64,000 bases of DNA, taken from Yuukianura sp. NJ FZ-2021 (taxonomy: Eukaryota). The notes below the pieces were generated by a model, which worked only from the letters and a program-made list of their open reading frames with translations, was not told the DNA's origin and did not search any database. The stretch lies in assembly GCA_046563655.1 (NCBI GenBank), contig CM102290.1, positions 9,610,001 to 9,674,000 on the forward strand, given 5' to 3'. Below are positions 58,855 to 64,000 of the stretch, piece by piece. Each line of letters opens with the position of its first letter. Position 1 is the first letter of the stretch. A program made the translations under genes and the position numbers.

Positions 58855-61800
58855 ATGTTGAAGAAATCGTCACCGAAGGTAGCAGCCTACAACCCGGCGG
58901 CGGAGGTAGTAGGGTTTACCAAAAGAAGTCCAGAGGAGATCCGGGAAATTGAACAACGATTGAATGCATTCAAAAGATCAAGTATGAACTGATATCCACA
59001 AGGAGCTTTTAAAAGCATAAATAAGGAACGGGAACTTTATATTCATTTAGACTTTGGAAATGAACTTTACGGAAATGTTAGTTGCGTTTGCAGGCACGAC
59101 AGGTTGATGTGACACCTTTTTGCTGTTTCAGGGAGGACCAATATAGTTACCGATGAAAAGAAAATCAAACTGGAAAAAAAGGTGGAGAGGGATGAAGCCA
59201 TGGAAGAATTTCTTGCTCAACAACCTCCGGCAATTATACCAGTCCTTCAGTCGGAAACTGAGTGTGACCGTATCGCCGCCGAAGGTGAATGCAACCCGAG
59301 GTGTTGGTCAGCAGATAATCTCGAGACCTTTCTTAAAGCCAACGATTTGGAACAAGCCGCTACGAAGCTGAGGTCACTCGTAAGACACGTCTCACACAAC
59401 TTGCACACTTCAATGCACAGGATTTGAGTTGTTGTAGTCTGCTAATGTTCAGCTCTAATCTGTTATTCTACTAGCGCATGACTGGAGAAACCTTCTTACA
59501 ACAAAACCGCCAAACCCTTGGGATACAGCTGGATATTCGTATGGTGATTACCTTGATGAAGTTTATCAATATGCTAAGGAAAATCGAGCATTCTTACCAA
59601 GAGAAAAGAAAACCAAAACTTGAAGACTTCTTCCCCACGCCTGAGATGATCGCTGCGATTCCTCCAGTTCCAGTGCTCAAAAGGAAGGTGGGTGCAGAGA
59701 TGTACGAATCCATCATGGCCAAACGGCAAAAGTTTCTACAGCAGGAGGGAATCACTAGACAACTTACCCCAACATTACACATGCCTCTTCTCCCGAACAT
59801 CAGCCCTGAACTCCGTCTCCAAGGACAAACCTCTCGGTATCTTGGGCGGCCTAAGATTTGCTACAAGTGTAAGGGAGAAGGCCATTTGGGAAGAGAATGT
59901 ACTCAACAAAATACTGGCAAGCACTCCTTTGACGATTTTCAATTCAAAAATTCCAATTAAATTCAAGCGACCATAAGTAATACTTTAACCCTTTTTTAGG
60001 TAAATCTGGATACTCTAATTCGCAAACAGTTGCAAACGACGATGAAGATTGGGGAGTATCGGATTCATCGCAGGCGTCGCTGCCAAAACCCCAGAACATA
60101 TCTGCTGCTGATGATGACGATTGGGGAGCTCCAGCCACCACTCCAGCTGCTGGCAAGCCAAAACCAGTCGCTACTGCGACTGACGATGACTGGGATGCTC
60201 CAACTTCATCCAATACAGGCAGTACGCAACACACTACGTCCATTGCTTCTGCTACAACTGTCGATGATGATGGCTGGGGTAGTTCTACCCCGACAGCTTC
60301 AGCTCTTTCAACTCCACGTTCAAGTTTTGATAGTGGTAACAGAAGTTTCAATGGTAGAGGTGGCGGAAGCTTCAGTGGGGGAAGAGGGCGTGGGGGAGGT
60401 CGTGGTGGCGGTCCTGGAAGTGGACCGCGAGTTTGTTTTCGTTGTAACCAAGAAGGTCATATGTCTAGGGAATGTCCGACTGGTAAGTTTTTTCGTTATT
60501 ATAGATGAATTGAAAATAGTTCAAGTCATTGTTTTGCTATAGGAGGATCTAACAACGGGCCTCGTGTAGGAGGTGGGAAAAAGATTTGTTACAATTGCCA
60601 ACAAGAAGGCCATCTTGGTCGGGAATGTCCAGAACCAAAGAACTATAACAGTAATGTCAACATAAGACAAACACAAGTATTAACATGTATAAAACGAGAC
60701 TAATGAAATGAAATGTACATGTTAGGTAACAGGCAGTATTCTAAACCACGACAGGACGACTGGGGAACTTCAGCTGCTACCCAGCCAAACCTCGTCGCTA
60801 CGGCCACCGACGATGACTGGGATGCTCCAATGACCACTCCAGATCCCGTCAAGCCAAAAGCTGATGCTGCTGCAACAGATGATGACTGGGATACCCCAGC
60901 AACCACTCCAACTCCTGCTAAGCCAAAAGCAGCCAATGCTGCTTCAACAGGCGATGATGACTGGGATTCGCCAGCCCCAGCGGTGCCAAGTACAGGAAGC
61001 GCTCAACTTACCACATCAACACCTTCTTCCGCGTCTGTCAATGATGATGACGGCTGGGGCATGCCTACCGTTTCAACATCATCTACTCCAAATACAAGCT
61101 TTGATGGCGGTAACAGAAGCTTCAACAGCAGAGGTCGCGGAAGCTTCAGTGGTGGAAGAGGGCGTGGGGGTGGTCGTGGTGGCGGGCCTGGAAGTGGACC
61201 GCGAGTTTGTTTTCGTTGTAACCAAGAAGGTCATATGTCTAGGGAATGTCCGAATGGTAAGTTTTTTCGTTATAATAGATGAAATTAAAATAGTTCAAGT
61301 CATTGTTTTGCTATAGGAGGATCTAACAACGGGCCTCGTGTAGGAGGTGGGAAAAAGATTTGTTACAATTGCCAACAAGAAGGCCACCTTGGTCGGGAAT
61401 GTCCAGAACCCAAGAACTACAACAGTAATGTTAACATAAGACAAACACAAGTATTAACATGTGTAAAACGACACTAATGAAATGAAATGTACATTTTAGG
61501 TAACAGGCAGTATTCTAAACCACGACAGGACGACTGGGGAACTTCAGCTGCTACCCAGCCAAACCTCGTCGCTACGGCAACCGACGATGACTGGGATGCT
61601 CCAATGACCACTCCAGATCCCGTCAAGCCAAAAGCTGATGCTGCTGCAACAGATGATGACTGGGATACCCCAGCAACCACTCCAACTCCTGCTAAGCCAA
61701 AAGCAGCCAATGCTGCTTCAACAGGCGATGATGACTGGGATTCGCCAGCCCCAGCGGTGTCCAGTACAGGAACTGCTCAACTTACTACATCAACACCTTC

Positions 61801-63440
61801 TACGTCTGTCAATGATGATGACGGCTGGGGCATGCCTACCGTTTCAACATCATCTACTCCAAATACAAGCTTTGATGGCGGTAACAGAAGCTTCAACGGC
61901 AGGGGCCGCGGCAGCTTCAGTGGTGAAAGAGGGCGTGGGGGTGGTCGTGGTGGCGGCCCTGGAAGTGGACCTCGAGTTTGTTTTCGCTGTAACCAGGAAG
62001 GTCACATGTCGTGGGAATGTCCGAGCGGTAAGTTTTTTTTAGTTGTAATAAATATTAATATAGAATTTGAGTTTAATCTTGAATACTACGTTTTGTATAG
62101 GAGGTTCTAACAACGGGCCACGTGTAGGAGGCGGTAAAAAGATTTGTTACAATTGCCAACAGGAAGGCCACCTTGGTCGGGAATGTCCAGAACCCAAGAA
62201 CTACAACAGTAATGTTAACACAAGTATTAAAATGTGTAATTTAATGACACTAATGAAATGAAATGTACATTCTAGGCAACAGGCAGTATTCTAAACCACG
62301 ACAGGACGACTGGGGAACTTCAGCTGCTACCCAGCCAAACCTCGTCGCTACGGCAACCGACGATGACTGGGATGCTCCAATGACCACTCCAGATCCCGTC
62401 AATCCAAAAGCTGGTGCTGCTGCAACAGATGATGACTGGGATTCGCCAGCCCCAGCGGTGTCCAGTACAGGAACTGCTCAACTTACTACATCAACACCTT
62501 CTACGTCTGTCAATGATGATGACGGCTGGGGCATGCCTACCGTTTCAACATCATCTACTCCAAATACAAGCTTTGATGGCGGTAACAGAAGCTTCAACAG
62601 CAGAGGTCGCGGAAGCTTCAGTGGTGGAAGAGGGCGTGGGGGTGGTCGTGGTGGCGGGCCTGGAAGTGGACCGCGAGTTTGTTTTCGTTGTAACCAAGAA
62701 GGTCATATGTCTAGGGAATGTCCGAATGGTAAGTTTTTTCGTTATAATAAATGAAATAGAAAATAGTTCAAGTCACTGTTTTGCTTTAGGAGGTTCTAAC
62801 AACGGGCCCCGTGTAGGAGGTGGTAAAAAGATTTGTTACAATTGTCAACAAGAAGGCCACCTTGGTCGGGAATGTCCAGAACCCAAGAACTACAACAGTA
62901 ATGTTAACACAAGTATTAAAATGTGTAATTTAATGACACTAATGAAATGAAATGTACATTCTAGGCAACAGGCAGTATTCTAAACCACGACAGGACGACT
63001 GGGGAACTTCAGCTGCTACCCAGTCAAACCTCGTCGCTACGGCCACCGACGATGACTGGGATGCTCCAATGACCACTCCAGATCCCGTCAAGCCAAAAGC
63101 TGATGCTGCTGCAACAGATGATGACTGGGATACCCCAGCAACCACTCCAACTCCTGCTAAGACAAAAGCAGCCAATGCTGCTGCAACAGGCGATGATGAC
63201 TGGGATTCGCCAGTCCCAGCGGTGTCCAGTACAGGAGCTGCTCAACTTACTACATCAACACCTTCTACGTCTGTCAATGATGATGACGGCTGGGGCATGC
63301 CTACCGTTTCACCTTCATCTACTCCAAATACAAGCTTTGATGGCGGTAACAGAAGCTTCAACGGCAGAGGCCGCGGAAGCTTCAGTGAAGGAAGAGGTCG
63401 TGGGGGAGGTCGTGGCGGCGGCCCTGGAAGTGGACCATGA
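58855..63440 (+). CDS. SAM-like domain + five repeated DDDW/RGG/CCHC modules; ~1,239-aa model, no catalytic domain
   Basis: Exons 58855-58981, 59132-59379, 59475-59916, 60000-60482, 60543-60650, 60726-61256, 61317-61424, 61500-62027, 62101-62208, 62276-62728, 62790-62897, 62965-63440 sum to 3,720 nt in one open frame. SAM-like PRCWSADNLETFL..LRSLRMTGETFL..LMKFINML; 9 CX2CX4HX4C knuckles before the stop. Confidence 0.75.
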
Positions 63441-63492
63441 GTTTGTTTTCGTTGTAACAAGGAAGATCACATGTCCTGGGAATGTCCGGAAG
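60000..63492 (+). repeat. Intragenic tandem array of two-exon units (period ~690-776 bp; four complete units plus a fifth A exon)
   Basis: Unit starts at 60000, 60726, 61500, 62276 and 62965. Exons and most introns are near-identical between units. Confidence 0.95.
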
Positions 63493-63869
63493 GTAACTTG
63501 TTTCGTTTTAAAAGATAAAATGACAGTTAAGGTAACCCAATAAGTTGTATATTTATTTACTTGCATTTACCCCAATAAGTGCATAGTTCGTTGTACTACA
63601 CTAAAATAGCTAAGGTTTTTAGTTTCTAAAAATGAATTCCCATTAAGTTAAATGGCACTAGATCCAGAAGATTTGGAAATGAATTATTTAAGGATAAGAA
63701 TGTGTTGGACTTGAGTAGTTTTGTTGTCCTCCATCCAAGGGGGCTGTGTTTGCTCTACGGTGGAATTATAAATAGGCTTGTTCCAGGGCTTCTGCCCGGT
63801 CGATCGAGCAATCGAACGGTCGAGGAGGGAAAAACTTTTTAAAAATTACTTATAGGAGTTGGGGAACGA

Positions 63870-63963
63870 TTATCTTGATGAAATGGCTTCTATCATCTTC
63901 CTCAACATAGGCTCAGGCTGACATTCCCTTGGGTCACACTCCATCATACCCCCACTCCCACAC
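63870..63963 (-). CDS. Terminal exon of an unidentified gene extending beyond the window (Cys-containing, possibly VWC-type)
   Basis: Acceptor ttttgtttcatag followed by CGSGGMMECDPRECQPEPMLRKMIEAISSR*. Confidence 0.45.
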
Positions 63964-64000
63964 CTATGAAACAAAACGTAAAATTAGTTTTTATAAGGCT

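Noticed and set aside
60000..63492. DDDW motifs as LIR/AIM autophagy motifs
   Set aside because: The W+3 position is mostly Pro or Ser rather than L/I/V, so the WxxL consensus is not met.
60000..63492. CRISPR-like or satellite array
   Set aside because: The units are coding exons with splice sites and have no unique spacers; the context is eukaryotic.
58855..63500. Calling the repeat gene vasa
   Set aside because: No DEAD-box motifs (GSGKT, PTRELA, DEAD, HRIGR) follow, the frame stops at 63440, and a SAM-like domain precedes the repeats.

Overview
Gene-dense eukaryotic DNA with short GT-AG introns. The proteins are arthropod-like; the compact layout and F-box/LRR gene style suggest a springtail-type hexapod, which is inference only. 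About 17 spliced host genes can be modelled: RSRC2-like, PPM1D/Wip1, EXO1, catalase, GTPBP2, RpS3, EIF1AD-like, a CD36/croquemort-type scavenger receptor, synaptotagmin 1, glycogen synthase, nischarin-like PX-LRR, TMEM45-like, an F-box/LRR-type gene, a divergent scramblase-like gene, cathepsin O-like, an unusual repeat-built gene, and the last exon of a gene running off the right edge. Five small inverted-repeat elements (MITE-like) have different termini and target-site duplications. The last 9 kb is the most interesting part. It holds (i) a Tx1/L1-type retroelement with an intact ORF1 whose ORF2 is cut after ~31 codons by a poly(A) tail (a 'half-L1'), and (ii) a ~1,239-aa gene model joining a SAM-like domain to five recently amplified exon modules of DDDW motifs, RGG boxes and CCHC zinc knuckles. 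The latter resembles a Vasa N-terminus or GW-repeat Argonaute-hook scaffold, but with no helicase. All gene models and alignments were made by eye; no searches were run.
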